The notes under the pieces were generated by a model that was not told where the DNA came from, searched no databases, and was given only the letters and a program-made list of their open reading frames with translations. From contig JAEZZM010000044.1 in the NCBI GenBank assembly GCA_023418575.1, positions 41,344 to 81,343 on the forward strand: DNA of 40,000 nucleotides, read 5' to 3'. Shown here piece after piece: positions 8,305-18,764 of the stretch. The number at the start of each line of letters is the position of its first letter. Position 1 is the first letter of the stretch. Position numbers and translations under genes: made by a program. This DNA is from Actinomycetes bacterium. Its GTDB lineage: Bacteria > Actinomycetota > Coriobacteriia > Coriobacteriales > JAEZZM01.

Positions 8305-10460
8305 TACAACTCCATTGCACCATCTTGCTCTTGACCTTGAGCTTTCTTAGCCGAGCGCACCAAAAATTCCTCATTAGAATCAGTGCTATTAAGGCTCTTG
8401 AGCAAAATAGTCATTGCGCGCTCAACACTGTTGTAGCTTGCCAAAATCCTTCTAATACCCCAGATAAATGGTAGCTGAGATGGGGCAATTAAGAGATCTT
8501 CTTGACGCGTACCAGAAGCAATTGGATCAATTGCAGGGAATATTCTCTTATCGGCCAGATCTCTATCCAGCTTAAGTTCCATATTACCGGTACCCTTGAA
8601 TTCTTCAAAGATAACCTCGTCCATCTTAGATCCGGTGTCGATAAGGGCGGAAGCTAAAATGGTGAGAGAGCCTCCATTTTCGATATTTCTTGCAGCACCC
8701 AAGAAGCGCTTGGGTGGATATAAGGCAGTAGAATCAACACCACCAGAAAGAATACGTCCTGAGGCAGGCTGAGCAAGGTTATACGCACGAGCAAGTCGGG
8801 TGATAGAATCCAAAAGGATAACTACATCCTCTCCTATCTCTACCAAACGCTTAGCTCTCTCTATTACCAGCTCTGCCACGGCAATATGCTGATCAGAAGG
8901 CATGTCAAAGGTGGAGGCTATAACCTCTCCTTTGATGCTTCTCCTCATATCAGTAACCTCTTCAGGACGCTCATCTACAAGAAGGCACATAAGATGAACT
9001 TCAGGGTTATTGAGGGCAACAGATTCAGCTATCTTTTTTAAGATGGTGGTTTTACCAGCTTTAGGTGGAGATACGATAAGACCGCGCTGACCTTTTCCTA
9101 TAGGAGCCAAAAGATCAATGCAGCGACCCGTATAAGAACTTTTACCATGTTCTTGAACAAGACGATTATCTGGGTAAATAGGGGTTAGGTCACCAAATTT
9201 GGGGCGACTGCGCACTATCTCTAAACTTCTTCCATTCACCAACTTAATGGTATGGAGTGCAGGATATTTTTCATTTCCTTGAATGGGACGCACCACACCG
9301 TTGATGTAATCACCTTTGCGCAGACCATTGCGCTTAATGAGCGCTGCTGCGACATATGAATCTTCTTCTGAGGGCAAATAACCTTTTGAGCGGATAAAAC
9401 CGTAGCCTTCAGGAAGAATATCCAAAATGCCTGCTACCTCAATAAAACCTTCTGCATGTGCCGCTGCTTTATAAATAGCTTCGCGTAAATCATCTAAGGT
9501 TTCATGAGCATAAGCCTCAACCTTATATTCTTCAGCAAGATCAAGAAGCTGTTCTTCTTCCAAGCTATCCAGCTCTTCTCTGCTAAGCTTGGGGCTCACT
9601 TCATGGTAGCGATTTTTAAGCGTATTTCTGCGATTATTATTTGCCTGCTGCGTGCCGCGCTCACCGCGCTCTTGGCGTTCTTGGCGCTCACCGCGCTCTG
9701 TGCGTGATTGAACTGCAGGCTTTTGCTCAAAAGCTGCTGCAGAGGATCCACGCTGTCCGCGCTGACGGCTCAGGTTTTCAGCGCTTACAGAAGCGCTTCC
9801 CTGCTCTGTTAATCCTTCTTGCTGGGCAGCTTTGTGAACACGGCTGCGCTTACGCAAACTTGACTGCGCAGCTGGAGCAGCTTGTTCCTCTTTTTTGCTT
9901 CGCGTTGAATCACGCTTTTCTCTAAGGCCTGGTTTCTCCAGATCTTTATTCCTAAGACCCGGCTTTTCCAAGTCCTTATCTTTAAGAGCTTGCTCACTTT
10001 TTTTAGCAGGTCTACCAGGTTTTGATCTCTTCTCTAGTTTGCCATCGGCATGCTCAAGACCAATAAAGCTCTCAAAACTGCGAGCTGGTTTACGGTTTAC
10101 TGTTGGCTTACTGGCATCCGTATTTAATTCAAGCTCTCTCTTATAATCCTCATCGCTTAATAAACCCGCTTGATGGCGCGCCTTTGCTATTGCTAAATCA
10201 AGATCACGCTTCTTATTTAAAAATTCTTTTGAAGGTCTGCCCCTTCCACGTGAGGCTAAAAGATCTTCAGAAGCTGCCTCTAAATCCTTAAGGCTCATAC
10301 CCTCATAGCTTGTGCTTGGCTGTGCTTGCAGCTTGTCTTCTGTAGCAGTCTGAGCCAAGCTTTCACTTGCTCTCTGGTCTAGGCTTTTATCGGAATTACT
10401 AATTTCCTCATCATTAAGGAGTCGAGAAAAAGTTTTATTCTTTCTGCCAAAGGTTGCCAT
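8304..10460 (-). CDS. rho: Transcription termination factor Rho with an approximately 300-aa low-complexity N-terminal insertion
   Basis: The C-terminal approximately 420 aa carry the Rho RNA-binding and ATPase motifs ([18 protein letters not shown] Walker [23 protein letters not shown]). The N-terminus is rich in R/E/Q/K. Confidence 0.95.
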   Translation of the reverse strand: MATFGRKNKTFSRLLNDEEISNSDKSLDQRASESLAQTATEDKLQAQPSTSYEGMSLKDLEAASEDLLASRGRGRPSKEFLNKKRDLDLAIAKARHQAGLLSDEDYKRELELNTDASKPTVNRKPARSFESFIGLEHADGKLEKRSKPGRPAKKSEQALKDKDLEKPGLRNKDLEKPGLREKRDSTRSKKEEQAAPAAQSSLRKRSRVHKAAQQEGLTEQGSASVSAENLSRQRGQRGSSAAAFEQKPAVQSRTERGERQERQERGERGTQQANNNRRNTLKNRYHEVSPKLSREELDSLEEEQLLDLAEEYKVEAYAHETLDDLREAIYKAAAHAEGFIEVAGILDILPEGYGFIRSKGYLPSEEDSYVAAALIKRNGLRKGDYINGVVRPIQGNEKYPALHTIKLVNGRSLEIVRSRPKFGDLTPIYPDNRLVQEHGKSSYTGRCIDLLAPIGKGQRGLIVSPPKAGKTTILKKIAESVALNNPEVHLMCLLVDERPEEVTDMRRSIKGEVIASTFDMPSDQHIAVAELVIERAKRLVEIGEDVVILLDSITRLARAYNLAQPASGRILSGGVDSTALYPPKRFLGAARNIENGGSLTILASALIDTGSKMDEVIFEEFKGTGNMELKLDRDLADKRIFPAIDPIASGTRQEDLLIAPSQLPFIWGIRRILASYNSVERAMTILLKSLNSTDSNEEFLVRSAKKAQGQEQDGAMEL

Positions 10461-11141
10461 TTATGCCTCTTTAACTTTCTTCCAATCCTCATTAAATATC
10501 TCTAAACCTCTATCGGTTAAGGGATGCTTAACGCACTGCTGTAAAACCTTAAAAGGAACCGTTGCTATATCTGCTGACATCAATGCTGCTTGAGCAACAT
10601 GATAAGGAGAGCGCAAAGAGGCCGCAATTATTTGAACCTCATCAAGCTTCTCATGGCGGGGCTCAAAATAATAATTATTTATTGCAGCTACGATATTTGC
10701 CACCTGATCAAGGCCTGAATCAGAAATGTCATCAAAGCGGCCAACAAAAGGAGAAATATAGCGAGCACCTGCTCTAGCAGCCATAATAGCCTGGGGCACA
10801 GAAAAACAAAGGGTCATATTTACTGCAACACCCTGCTCAGAGAGAGCCTTAGTGGCAGCTAGGCCCTCAAGGGTTGTGGGGATCTTGACCACAATATTAG
10901 GAGCAAGGCTGGCAAGACGCAGTCCCTCCTCTATCATGCCCTCGCGCTTTTCGGCGGTAATTTCTGCAGACACAGGACCATCAATGAGCTGGCAAATTTT
11001 TAGCATGTGCTGCTCAAAATCCTTAAGTTTACCGCCAATTTTTGCATAAAGACTGGGATTTGTAGTTACACCATCAACAAGGCCCCATGAGGCTGCTTCT
11101 TGAATTTCATCAAGATTGGCGGTGTCTAGAAAGAACTGCAC
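10461..11141 (-). CDS. Transaldolase / fructose-6-phosphate aldolase family (short TalC/Fsa type)
   Basis: (M)QFFLDTANLDEIQEA...VDGVTTNPSL...VVKIP is the family signature. I prefer the GTG start at 11141 because it follows AAGGAG. The track ORF starting at 11192 adds 17 non-conserved residues. Confidence 0.85.
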   Translation of the reverse strand: MQFFLDTANLDEIQEAASWGLVDGVTTNPSLYAKIGGKLKDFEQHMLKICQLIDGPVSAEITAEKREGMIEEGLRLASLAPNIVVKIPTTLEGLAATKALSEQGVAVNMTLCFSVPQAIMAARAGARYISPFVGRFDDISDSGLDQVANIVAAINNYYFEPRHEKLDEVQIIAASLRSPYHVAQAALMSADIATVPFKVLQQCVKHPLTDRGLEIFNEDWKKVKEA

Positions 11142-11352
11142 CTTTTCTCCTTTTCTAAGAAAGCAATAAGACTTTTGAAAACAAAAGAACACATGAATAT
11201 AAAGAACTTAAGGTATGCTTCTGTGGGCTACTTTATGCGCTGTGAATATCATACGATTTAGGTATGCATGAAGCATCTTGACAAAATTACTTTAACAAAA
11301 CTATAGACTAGTATGCAAGTTATACATCTGTAAAAAATAGACACAGTAGGGC

Positions 11353-11387
11353 AAAAAATAAGACCCCTAACGCTGTAAGGGTCTTAT
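11353..11387 (-). terminator. Rho-independent terminator downstream of tRNA-Thr
   Basis: A 9-bp stem (ATAAGACCC / GGGTCTTAT) with a 12-nt loop is followed on the minus strand by TTTTTTGC. Confidence 0.6.
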
Positions 11388-11401
11388 ACCTATTGACTCT
11401 A

Positions 11402-11477
11402 TGGAGCCAACTACCGGACTTGAACCGGTGACCTACTCATTACGAGTGAGTTGCTCTACCAACTGAGCTAAGTTGGC
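11402..11477 (-). tRNA. tRNA-Thr (anticodon CGU), CCA encoded
   Basis: The reverse complement is GCCAACTTAGCTCAGTTGGTAGAGCAACTCACTCGTAATGAGTAGGTCACCGGTTCAAGTCCGGTAGTTGGCTCCA. The anticodon stem is ACTCA/TGAGT and the loop is CTCGTAA. Confidence 0.9.
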
Positions 11478-11494
11478 ATTAAGACGCATTGCTT

Positions 11495-11523
11495 ATTCTA
11501 AAGATAGGCTCTAAGAATTGCAA
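11495..11523 (-). promoter_or_regulatory. Candidate sigma-70-type promoter for tRNA-Thr (TTGCAA-17 nt-TAGAAT)
   Basis: On the minus strand the -35 TTGCAA lies at 11523..11518, with a 17-nt spacer and the -10 TAGAAT at 11500..11495. The tRNA 5' end is 17 nt downstream of the -10. Confidence 0.45.
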
Positions 11524-11531
11524 GACTCCTT

Positions 11532-12398
11532 TTACTTACAAGACTCCTTTTTACAGAAGATGTAATAATATGCAAGACCAACAAGTACTGCTCCACCCAC
11601 AATATTACCCAAGGTAACTAGTGCCAAGTTAAAGCAAATACCAGCAATATTAAGATGTGTAAGAACGAGTCCGTTCAAGTTCGCAGTACTTGAGAGACTT
11701 TCAATTAAACCAAGTGGCAAGAAGAACATATTTGCAACTGAGTGCTCAAAACCACAGGCTACAAAGCCAATGATGGGCAAAAGGATGCTAAAGAATTTAT
11801 CTACCAAGGTGCGCGTTGCATATGAGCACCATACGGCTAAGCACACCATGAAATTACACATGATGGCTTTTGCAAACATCACCGTTGTTGGTAAAGCGGT
11901 TTTAGCAGCTGCAACAGACACTGCCGTAGTGGCCACAGCCCCCGCATTAAGTGCGCCAAAATTGCTTGCATGCACCAAAAGAGCTAAGGCAATAGAACCA
12001 ATAAGATTACCTATCCAAACCACGACCAAAACTTTAAGCATTGCTGCTAAGCTTATTTTTTTGTTTACCCAGGCCATCACCATAAGGCAGTCACCTGTAA
12101 ACAGTTCTGATCCAGCAGTAATTACCAAATACAGACCAGTGCAAAATGCAAAAGCACCCAAGACCTTGCCTGCAGCAAAGGGTAGACTCGCATCAGATGA
12201 GACCAATAAGAAAAACATGGCGCCAAGGCCAATATAGGCACCTGCCAAAAGCGACAGCACAAAAAGCTTGCCATATGCAAGCTGAGTTTTACCCACTGCT
12301 AGATTCAAAGCTTTTTGAGCAATCTGCGCTGGTGCTAAGCAATCTGGCTTAATAGTGTCAACAGTAGCTTGTGAAATGTATCCGATTTTATCGTCCAT
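11532..12398 (-). CDS. focB: Formate/nitrite transporter family channel (FocA/FocB-like)
   Basis: 288 aa with six TM segments. It carries FNT signature regions (GAELFTG-like GSELFTGDCL; FEHSVANMFF). It occupies the terminal position of the hyf-like operon, as focB does in E. coli. Confidence 0.85.
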   Translation of the reverse strand: MDDKIGYISQATVDTIKPDCLAPAQIAQKALNLAVGKTQLAYGKLFVLSLLAGAYIGLGAMFFLLVSSDASLPFAAGKVLGAFAFCTGLYLVITAGSELFTGDCLMVMAWVNKKISLAAMLKVLVVVWIGNLIGSIALALLVHASNFGALNAGAVATTAVSVAAAKTALPTTVMFAKAIMCNFMVCLAVWCSYATRTLVDKFFSILLPIIGFVACGFEHSVANMFFLPLGLIESLSSTANLNGLVLTHLNIAGICFNLALVTLGNIVGGAVLVGLAYYYIFCKKESCK

Positions 12399-12449
12399 AA
12401 CTCATCTCTTCCTCGAACACAACAGACCCCTTTTTTAGTCTTATGAATG

Positions 12450-12923
12450 CTAGTCTATAATGGCAAACTCATCTAAGTCAGCACCTCGAGCAAGCCAATC
12501 ATAGAGTTTGTGAGCAGCCTCTTTTACAGGAGCGCTCATTTCTCCATAAAACTCTAGATCCAAAGGTTGAACACCAATAAAATCAACCTGAGGAACTATT
12601 TCTTTATAATTTGCAATGAGGAAATTGAGTGGCATGGTATGCGTGCTCATATAAAGCTGCCGCGCCACCTGTGATTCATCAATACGACGTATCTCCCCTG
12701 CTTGCAGACCCATTTGAGCGGCGTCAATTAAAATAAGCCGATAAGGCCTTATCTTGCGCACCCAAAGGGTTGTATTTTCTGGTACCATCCCTCCGTCAAT
12801 GCAATCAATACCAGCTAGTGGCTGAGCTTCTAACAGCTGGGCAAGATATGGACCCAGGCCATCATCTGCCCTAAGCTCTGATCCAACCGTAACCACCAGA
12901 CAAACTTGATTCCCCACAACCAA
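12450..12923 (-). CDS. hycI: Hydrogenase maturation endopeptidase (HycI-type)
   Basis: 157 aa with the GSELRADDGLGPYL motif (family pattern GNxxxxDDGxG). The TTG start follows GGTGAGG. The cognate large subunit carries a matching C-terminal extension. Confidence 0.8.
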   Translation of the reverse strand: MVVGNQVCLVVTVGSELRADDGLGPYLAQLLEAQPLAGIDCIDGGMVPENTTLWVRKIRPYRLILIDAAQMGLQAGEIRRIDESQVARQLYMSTHTMPLNFLIANYKEIVPQVDFIGVQPLDLEFYGEMSAPVKEAAHKLYDWLARGADLDEFAIID

Positions 12924-12930
12924 AATTGCC

Positions 12931-13410
12931 TCACCTACAAAACTTTACAATTAGGTAGAGCGCTGGTTCTTGCGCTATGCTACACATCATATCACTCAAG
13001 CGCTCTAAATAGATAGACAAGGCAGGATTTTGACTCAAGCTATATGCCTCATAAAAGGCTTGTGACAAATAGCTCGCCTGGCTTCTATCTATCTGAATTT
13101 CACCAAAAGTCTGAGCGCCTTTTAGTTTTTGATACGCCTGAGGATAAGGCTCAAGTGCTGCTAAAAGCTCTTGATATTCCTTGCAGGGCATGCGCAGTAT
13201 TTCTTTAAAACAATCACAAACCCCAACATGATGCCCCATGGCAAAGGTATAATAGAGCACCCTCTTGGCGGTATCTGGAACTGCCTCTGCAGAGTCAACT
13301 AACTTTGCATGCAGCTCATAAAATACAAAGCAAGCTTCTTGCTCTAGGACCACAGGCTTAAAATACTCTTGTTTTTCTAAGGCGCTACTATTCCAATCTT
13401 TGGCTTGCAT
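12931..13410 (-). CDS. hycH: Formate hydrogenlyase maturation protein HycH/HyfJ
   Basis: VLYYTFAMGHHVGVCDCFKEIL...FGEIQID...ALYLIVKF parallels E. coli HycH as I recall it (VVYYSLAIGHHLGVIDCLEAAL...YGEIVID...AIYLMVRR). The ATG at 13410 follows AGGAGAA. The track start at 13470 would overlap the upstream gene. Confidence 0.75.
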   Translation of the reverse strand: MQAKDWNSSALEKQEYFKPVVLEQEACFVFYELHAKLVDSAEAVPDTAKRVLYYTFAMGHHVGVCDCFKEILRMPCKEYQELLAALEPYPQAYQKLKGAQTFGEIQIDRSQASYLSQAFYEAYSLSQNPALSIYLERLSDMMCSIAQEPALYLIVKFCR

Positions 13411-13445
13411 TAAGATTCTCCTGTTATAGCTACACCGCCACGGCT

Positions 13446-14228
13446 TTAAACTGCCATACCCTGAAGACAAGCTTTTAATTCTGCATAAATTTCTTTTCTT
13501 CTTGGGTCACTCAGCTCTTCTATTCTGGTATCTACACGCTGTAAAATTCCAGCCCCTCGTTTTGTATCCGATAAGGTACGCATAAAATCATCCGCAATTT
13601 TATTGCCGTACCTATAGCCCGCCATGTAACGCGCTACGCATTGAAGCTTTACTCTAAGCTCATAAGGAATGGTGGGATGTAGTAAGAAAGCCTCTTCGCC
13701 CTCTTGTTCCTGATAATGATGGGAGTGCTGCTTTTGGTCAAGAAGCCCCAAAGCCATAGCAAAACCATAAATTGTTTGAGCAGGTGAAGGTGGGCAGCCT
13801 GGTATATATACATCTACTGGAAAGAGCTTATCTGTACCACCCCAGACACAGTAATTATCATGAAAAATGCCACCACTGCAGCCACAGGCTCCGTAAGAAA
13901 CCACAATTTTTGGATCAGGAGCAGCCTCATACGCTCTTAAGGCGGGCATACGCATGGAGCGCGTAACTGCACCTGTAAAGAGCATGATATCTGCATGGCG
14001 TGGGCTTGCCACTACCTTAATTCCAAAGCGCTCGGCATCAAAAACAGGCATGATTGAAGCAAATATTTCAATTTCACAAGCATTGCAGCCACCACAGTCA
14101 ACGCGATACACATAAGCTGAACGCTTAATTCTCTTTAAAAGCTGAGCTTTAGCATGGGCCACGCTTTCATCGAGTAATTCTTTTTCTACTTCAGCCTGAA
14201 GCTGGCTGGGAATCAACAAAGCTGACAT
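13446..14228 (-). CDS. hyfI: [NiFe]-hydrogenase small subunit, group 4 (HycG/HyfI, NuoB-like)
   Basis: [23 protein letters not shown]...[22 protein letters not shown]...YGACG.SGGIF...YIPGCPP is near-identical in pattern to E. coli HycG/HyfI. Confidence 0.9.
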   Translation of the reverse strand: MSALLIPSQLQAEVEKELLDESVAHAKAQLLKRIKRSAYVYRVDCGGCNACEIEIFASIMPVFDAERFGIKVVASPRHADIMLFTGAVTRSMRMPALRAYEAAPDPKIVVSYGACGCSGGIFHDNYCVWGGTDKLFPVDVYIPGCPPSPAQTIYGFAMALGLLDQKQHSHHYQEQEGEEAFLLHPTIPYELRVKLQCVARYMAGYRYGNKIADDFMRTLSDTKRGAGILQRVDTRIEELSDPRRKEIYAELKACLQGMAV

Positions 14229-14794
14229 TATGACTGCACCCTTCTATGAATCTCCACCTGACCTGAAATAATGCCGTCTTGCTTACGTTTGCACTCAGGA
14301 CAAAGATGAAGCAGGTCTTTTGCTGCTTTTTTATCGGCATCTGCCAATAGTTCTAGCTGTGGATGCATGCTCTCATACAGGCGCTCTACATAATCTATTT
14401 GCTTGCGAGGAGCAAAATATTTCCCACAGCATGAGCAAGCTTCTAACTTGAACTCTGCTGACTCATACAGATCCTCTTTTTTCATAACGGCAAGCTCAAA
14501 TTCTTGTGTGAGCCAAATAGCACGCGTTGGACACACTTCCTCGCAGCGCCCGCAAAAAATACAGCGTCCAAAATCTATTTCCCAGCTAATCAAACCATTC
14601 ACGATATCTGGATGGACCTGAATTGCATTAGGAGGACAAGCTATGGCACAGGCAGCACAACAGATGCACTTCTCGGCCACGTACTTGGGCTTGCCCCTGC
14701 TGTCTTCAGGGACATCCAAGGGGGCAAAGGGGTAGGCTTTAGTTGCATTGCCAACCTTAAACATTTCTCTAAAGGTTTTTCTCATATAAACCAC
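14228..14794 (-). CDS. hyfH: 2x[4Fe-4S] ferredoxin subunit (HycF/HyfH, NuoI-like)
   Basis: It has two CxxCxxCxxxCP motifs ([24 protein letters not shown]) and lies between the large and small subunits. Confidence 0.85.
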   Translation of the reverse strand: MVYMRKTFREMFKVGNATKAYPFAPLDVPEDSRGKPKYVAEKCICCAACAIACPPNAIQVHPDIVNGLISWEIDFGRCIFCGRCEEVCPTRAIWLTQEFELAVMKKEDLYESAEFKLEACSCCGKYFAPRKQIDYVERLYESMHPQLELLADADKKAAKDLLHLCPECKRKQDGIISGQVEIHRRVQS

Positions 14795-16528
14795 CTACCA
14801 CTTCAAGGGTGAATGACGGCGATCAAGACAGTACTGCTCAAGCTCGGCAAAATTGGTGTCTGCCCGCTTTTTTGTATTCACATCTATAACAGTCACACGA
14901 TCAGTGCATGAATAGCAAGGGTCTATTGAACCTACAATAAGTGGAGCATCTGAGACCATATTTCCTCTGAGCATATAACGCAGTACAGGCCAATTTGAAT
15001 AAGTTGCTGCCTTGCATCTCCATCGATACAACTTTTGATTATCTCCCAACATTGACCAGTGCATATCTTCGCCACGAGGAGCTTCTGTAACTCCTAGAGC
15101 AAAGCGGTGGGGCTGATATTCAAAGTTCTCGTCCAAAATAGGGCCACCGGGGGCTTTATATAAAAGATCCTCAATAATATCAATTGACTGATAAAATTCT
15201 GCAAAGCGCACAAGGGTTCTAGATAAAACATCACAGCCCTCTTGAACTTGAGCCTCAAGCTTAAGATCCTTATAAGCAGCAAAAGGATGATTAGCACGTA
15301 CATCACGCGCAAAACCCGAGCCTCTAACCAAAGGTCCAACGGGAGAAAAGTCGCGTGCTACCTTGGGATGTAAGAAGCCTATGCCTTTAGTGCGACCTTC
15401 AACATTAGCTGTGGACATCAGCTCTTCTTCAAGTCGTTTTACCTCTTCTTTAAGTTCTGCCAAGATGCTAAAAATTGAGGCTTTTTGTTCTGCGAGAATA
15501 TCTCTGCGCACGCCACCAATAAGATTTAAGCCATAGGTCTTGCGTGAACCAGTTAAGATCTCTGCAAGCTCCATGGACTTTTCTCTGGTTCTAAAAAAGT
15601 GATTAAAGCCTGTATCAAAACCACAAAAATGGCAAACCAAACCAAGGTTTAAAAGATGCGAATGAAGGCGCTCCGTCTCTAGTAAGATACTGCGTATATA
15701 CTGAGCTCTATCAGGAACTTTCATTCCCAAAGCTTTTTCTACGGTCTCTGCATAAGCAGTAGAGTGAGCATAACCGCAAATACCACAGATGCGATCTGTC
15801 AAGAAGGTTACCTGATTATAATCAAGGCGAGACTCCGCTACCTTTTCCATGCCTCTGTGCACATAAAACATACGATAATCAGCATCTATGATGCGCTCAC
15901 CCTCTGTAAAGAGCCTAAAATGCCCGGGTTCATCGGAAGTAATATGTAAAGGGCCCACCGGTACTACTGTAGTCTCTTTGCCTTGATCATTTTTGATAAA
16001 AACATAATCTTCTTCATCTTTAGTAGGGGCAGGCCTATGGCGATAATCCATGGCGTCCTTGCGCAGTGGGTAGAGCTCTTCAGGCCAGTCATCAGGCAAA
16101 ACCAGACGACGCTCATCAGGTAGTCCTTCAGGTCTTAGACCATACATATCTCTAAGCTCACGTTCGCCCCAAACACAGGCTGGCACCAAAGGTGTTACCG
16201 AAGGAAAGCTTAGTTCAACAGGGTCTACCAATGCCCTTACTACCAGATAACAAGGGTCTTCACCCTCCATTGATAGGACATACATAACAGCATAAAAGCC
16301 ATTGAGCGGTCGCTCATCATTTCCAACCACCACTGAGAGCCAGCCGTAGCGCTCATAATATAAATATTCAACTACCTTTGGCAGATACTCTTTTTTAACG
16401 CTAAGGGTAAGCTGATCTTCAGCCTGCCATTCAACACCTATAAGTGCGGCCTCAAAGTGCTCTCGCACTGCTCTTACATGGGATTCACCCTTGCGCATCC
16501 CAATCTTTGTCTCTTGTCTTGTATTCAT
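14795..16528 (-). CDS. hyfG: [NiFe]-hydrogenase large subunit, group 4a (HycE/HyfG; fused NuoC-NuoD-like)
   Basis: It has the N-terminal Ni-binding motif RICGICGYAHS and the C-terminal DPCYSCTDR. This is followed by a 32-aa extension, VTVIDVNTKKRADTNFAELEQYCLDRRHSPLKW, equivalent to the HycI-cleaved tail of E. coli HycE. Confidence 0.95.
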   Translation of the reverse strand: MNTRQETKIGMRKGESHVRAVREHFEAALIGVEWQAEDQLTLSVKKEYLPKVVEYLYYERYGWLSVVVGNDERPLNGFYAVMYVLSMEGEDPCYLVVRALVDPVELSFPSVTPLVPACVWGERELRDMYGLRPEGLPDERRLVLPDDWPEELYPLRKDAMDYRHRPAPTKDEEDYVFIKNDQGKETTVVPVGPLHITSDEPGHFRLFTEGERIIDADYRMFYVHRGMEKVAESRLDYNQVTFLTDRICGICGYAHSTAYAETVEKALGMKVPDRAQYIRSILLETERLHSHLLNLGLVCHFCGFDTGFNHFFRTREKSMELAEILTGSRKTYGLNLIGGVRRDILAEQKASIFSILAELKEEVKRLEEELMSTANVEGRTKGIGFLHPKVARDFSPVGPLVRGSGFARDVRANHPFAAYKDLKLEAQVQEGCDVLSRTLVRFAEFYQSIDIIEDLLYKAPGGPILDENFEYQPHRFALGVTEAPRGEDMHWSMLGDNQKLYRWRCKAATYSNWPVLRYMLRGNMVSDAPLIVGSIDPCYSCTDRVTVIDVNTKKRADTNFAELEQYCLDRRHSPLKW

Positions 16529-16540
16529 CGTTACCCTCTC

Positions 16541-18097
16541 TTACTGCACCGGGAGTTTGGACTTGAGCTCTAGCCTGATGCCGTGTGATACTTCTGGGAA
16601 CTGGCTTTGTTCTATACCAAAGATGCTTGCTCCCTCTTCAAGAGCAGAGATCACAGGTTTTGGCTGCATAACACCCAGATACACTATAAGGATGAGCAAT
16701 ATAAGCTCTGGGACAAGCATAAGAGCAGGTAGTTCTTTTTTCTTTAAATGATCTGGAGCTTTTTTAAATAGCACGGAATTGATAGTCATAGCTATAGCAG
16801 CTAAAACTATGCTGAGTGCCAGTGCCACAATGATAACAAGCACTATAAGAGAGCCTTGAGCTCCAGCAACAAACATAGCCAGCTCTGACCAGAACAAAGC
16901 AAAGGGCGGAAAACCTGCAAGCGCTAAAAATCCAAACATACAAAGCGTTGCGCTCAGTGGTGCAAGCTGCAAAAATCCCGAAATCTTAGTGAGATCTCTG
17001 GTCTGGTATTTCATGAGAATATTGCCGCTCAAACAAAACATAAGTGCCTTTGTAAGCGCATGCGCCACACAATGAAAGAGAGCCGCAAAAATACCAATAG
17101 GACCGCCAAATCCCAAGCACAGCGCAATAAGTCCCACGTTTTCAGTTGAGGAATAGGCAAGCTTGCGCTTTAAATCCTTTTGCGCAAAGAAGAAGTAAGC
17201 AGCGATAATTACGGACAATGCGCCCAAGATCATCATCACTAAGCAAGGAAAACTTGCTCCTAAGCATGCATTTGCCAGAATGTAAAAACGCATAATTACC
17301 AAGAATGCGCACTTAAGCAATACTGCAGAAAGCAAGGCAGAAATTGGGCTGGGAGCCTCTGCATGAGCGTCTGGGAGCCAGGTATGCATGGGGAAAAGCC
17401 CCGCCTTGGTACCAAAGCCTATGGCGATAAATACAAAGGCTATCTGCATAAGTTTGGGATCAAAGGCTGCAGCCTGAGGGAGCAGACTTGTCCAAAATGC
17501 TGCCTGATGCGTGTTCGATAAAACAGAAACTCCATCTGCATAGAGCAAAACTGTTCCATAAAGACCAAAGGCTAGTCCGCAGGTACATATAATGATATAT
17601 TTCCAGGCTGCCTCTAAGGATGCCCCCTTCTTATATAAGCCAACTAAGAAGACCGTACCCAAGGTTGTTGCCTCAACTGCCACCCACATCATGATGATGT
17701 TATTGGATAAGCAAGCCAAGAGCATGGTAAAGACAAAAAGCTGAAAGAAACTGTAATACTGTTTTATCTGCCCTTGTTCAATCTTTCCCTCTCCATACTC
17801 ATGTTTTAGATACGGAAGAGAGACTATGCCGGTAATAGCCGATATCAAACACACCAGCGCTACAAAAATTGCTGATAAAGAATCAAGCATGAGCCATGAG
17901 TCCAAAGCAAATATACTTTGAGAGCTCTTATAAAACTCAAGTAACAGATAGCAACAAAGCCCTAGACTTCCTGCTAAAGAGGCAAGGTGCACTCCTGCTG
18001 AGAGGCTTTGACTCAAGCTCTTTGGAAGGCAGGCTATGATTAAACATGCGCATAAAGGACATGCAAGCAAAAGTAGCAATAAACTTGAAGTATCCAT
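16541..18097 (-). CDS. hyfF: Antiporter-like membrane subunit (HyfF, NuoM/N-like)
   Basis: The 518-aa polytopic protein has NuoM/N-type motifs (WLPDAHAEAP, FHCVAHALTKAL). Its position and length match E. coli HyfF (526 aa). Confidence 0.8.
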   Translation of the reverse strand: MDTSSLLLLLLACPLCACLIIACLPKSLSQSLSAGVHLASLAGSLGLCCYLLLEFYKSSQSIFALDSWLMLDSLSAIFVALVCLISAITGIVSLPYLKHEYGEGKIEQGQIKQYYSFFQLFVFTMLLACLSNNIIMMWVAVEATTLGTVFLVGLYKKGASLEAAWKYIIICTCGLAFGLYGTVLLYADGVSVLSNTHQAAFWTSLLPQAAAFDPKLMQIAFVFIAIGFGTKAGLFPMHTWLPDAHAEAPSPISALLSAVLLKCAFLVIMRFYILANACLGASFPCLVMMILGALSVIIAAYFFFAQKDLKRKLAYSSTENVGLIALCLGFGGPIGIFAALFHCVAHALTKALMFCLSGNILMKYQTRDLTKISGFLQLAPLSATLCMFGFLALAGFPPFALFWSELAMFVAGAQGSLIVLVIIVALALSIVLAAIAMTINSVLFKKAPDHLKKKELPALMLVPELILLILIVYLGVMQPKPVISALEEGASIFGIEQSQFPEVSHGIRLELKSKLPVQ

Positions 18098-18100
18098 ACC

Positions 18101-18754
18101 TTAGCCTTTCAATTCCATTAAGTCATTGGCATCTAAACTTTCCTTGGTTCGATAAATACGCCAAGCGACCAAGGCCATGATTAAAACTGCAAAGATAGCA
18201 TCTGTAGCAACACCAATTTCAACTAATTCTGGAGCTGCAGGCGCTAATAAGGCCAAGGTTAAATGTGAACCATTTTCCATCAAACAATAACCAAGGATTT
18301 GCTTGAAAATGTTTCTTTGGGTAATGATGCAGCTTAGGCCTATAAAGAAATGTCCTAAGGAAATGGCAAGAGCGGGGTACACTTCCAAAGCAGTAGGAAG
18401 CTTAATGCTCTTCACCAAGATAAAGCAGACGATAAGCTCAAGCGCCGTCAAAACTATGGATCTAAGAGGAGTAAGCTTAGACTCATAATTCAACTCTGGT
18501 GAGCCCATCTTCTTAAATATCACAAGCAGCATTGCAGGAACCAGGAGCACCTTTGTTATGAAGGCCGTACAAGACCAAAGGTAGAGCTCTTTTGACCCCA
18601 TTACATAGGCTAGTGCGATAAATAAGGCCACCAAAATAAGAGATTGAAGTGCATAAAGCTTAGCTGCCTTAACTATGGTTTTTGATAAGACAACCAAAAG
18701 TGAACTTATCACTAGGAGCGCAGCTAAAAGATTAATAAATGAAATACCAGTCAT
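18101..18754 (-). CDS. hyfE: Small membrane subunit HyfE (NuoK-like fusion)
   Basis: 217 aa. The C-terminal GYCLMENGSHLTLALLAPAAPELVEIGVATDAIFAVLIMAL...LKG closely parallels E. coli HyfE as I recall it (216 aa). Confidence 0.85.
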   Translation of the reverse strand: MTGISFINLLAALLVISSLLVVLSKTIVKAAKLYALQSLILVALFIALAYVMGSKELYLWSCTAFITKVLLVPAMLLVIFKKMGSPELNYESKLTPLRSIVLTALELIVCFILVKSIKLPTALEVYPALAISLGHFFIGLSCIITQRNIFKQILGYCLMENGSHLTLALLAPAAPELVEIGVATDAIFAVLIMALVAWRIYRTKESLDANDLMELKG

Positions 18755-18764
18755 AATACGCTCC

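Noticed and set aside
10461-11192. Longer N-termini are offered by the ORF track for tal/fsa (11192), hycH (13470) and the HydN-like gene (26775).
   Set aside because: The extra residues are non-conserved or overlap the upstream gene. Internal starts at 11141 (GTG), 13410 (ATG) and 26736 (ATG) have good Shine-Dalgarno sequences and match family N-termini.
11278-11307. A near-consensus plus-strand promoter, TTGACA-18 nt-TATAGA.
   Set aside because: No plus-strand gene lies downstream, so it would only produce antisense RNA to tRNA-Thr and focB. The region is AT-rich, so hexamer matches are expected by chance. An antisense or orphan transcript cannot be excluded without transcriptome data.
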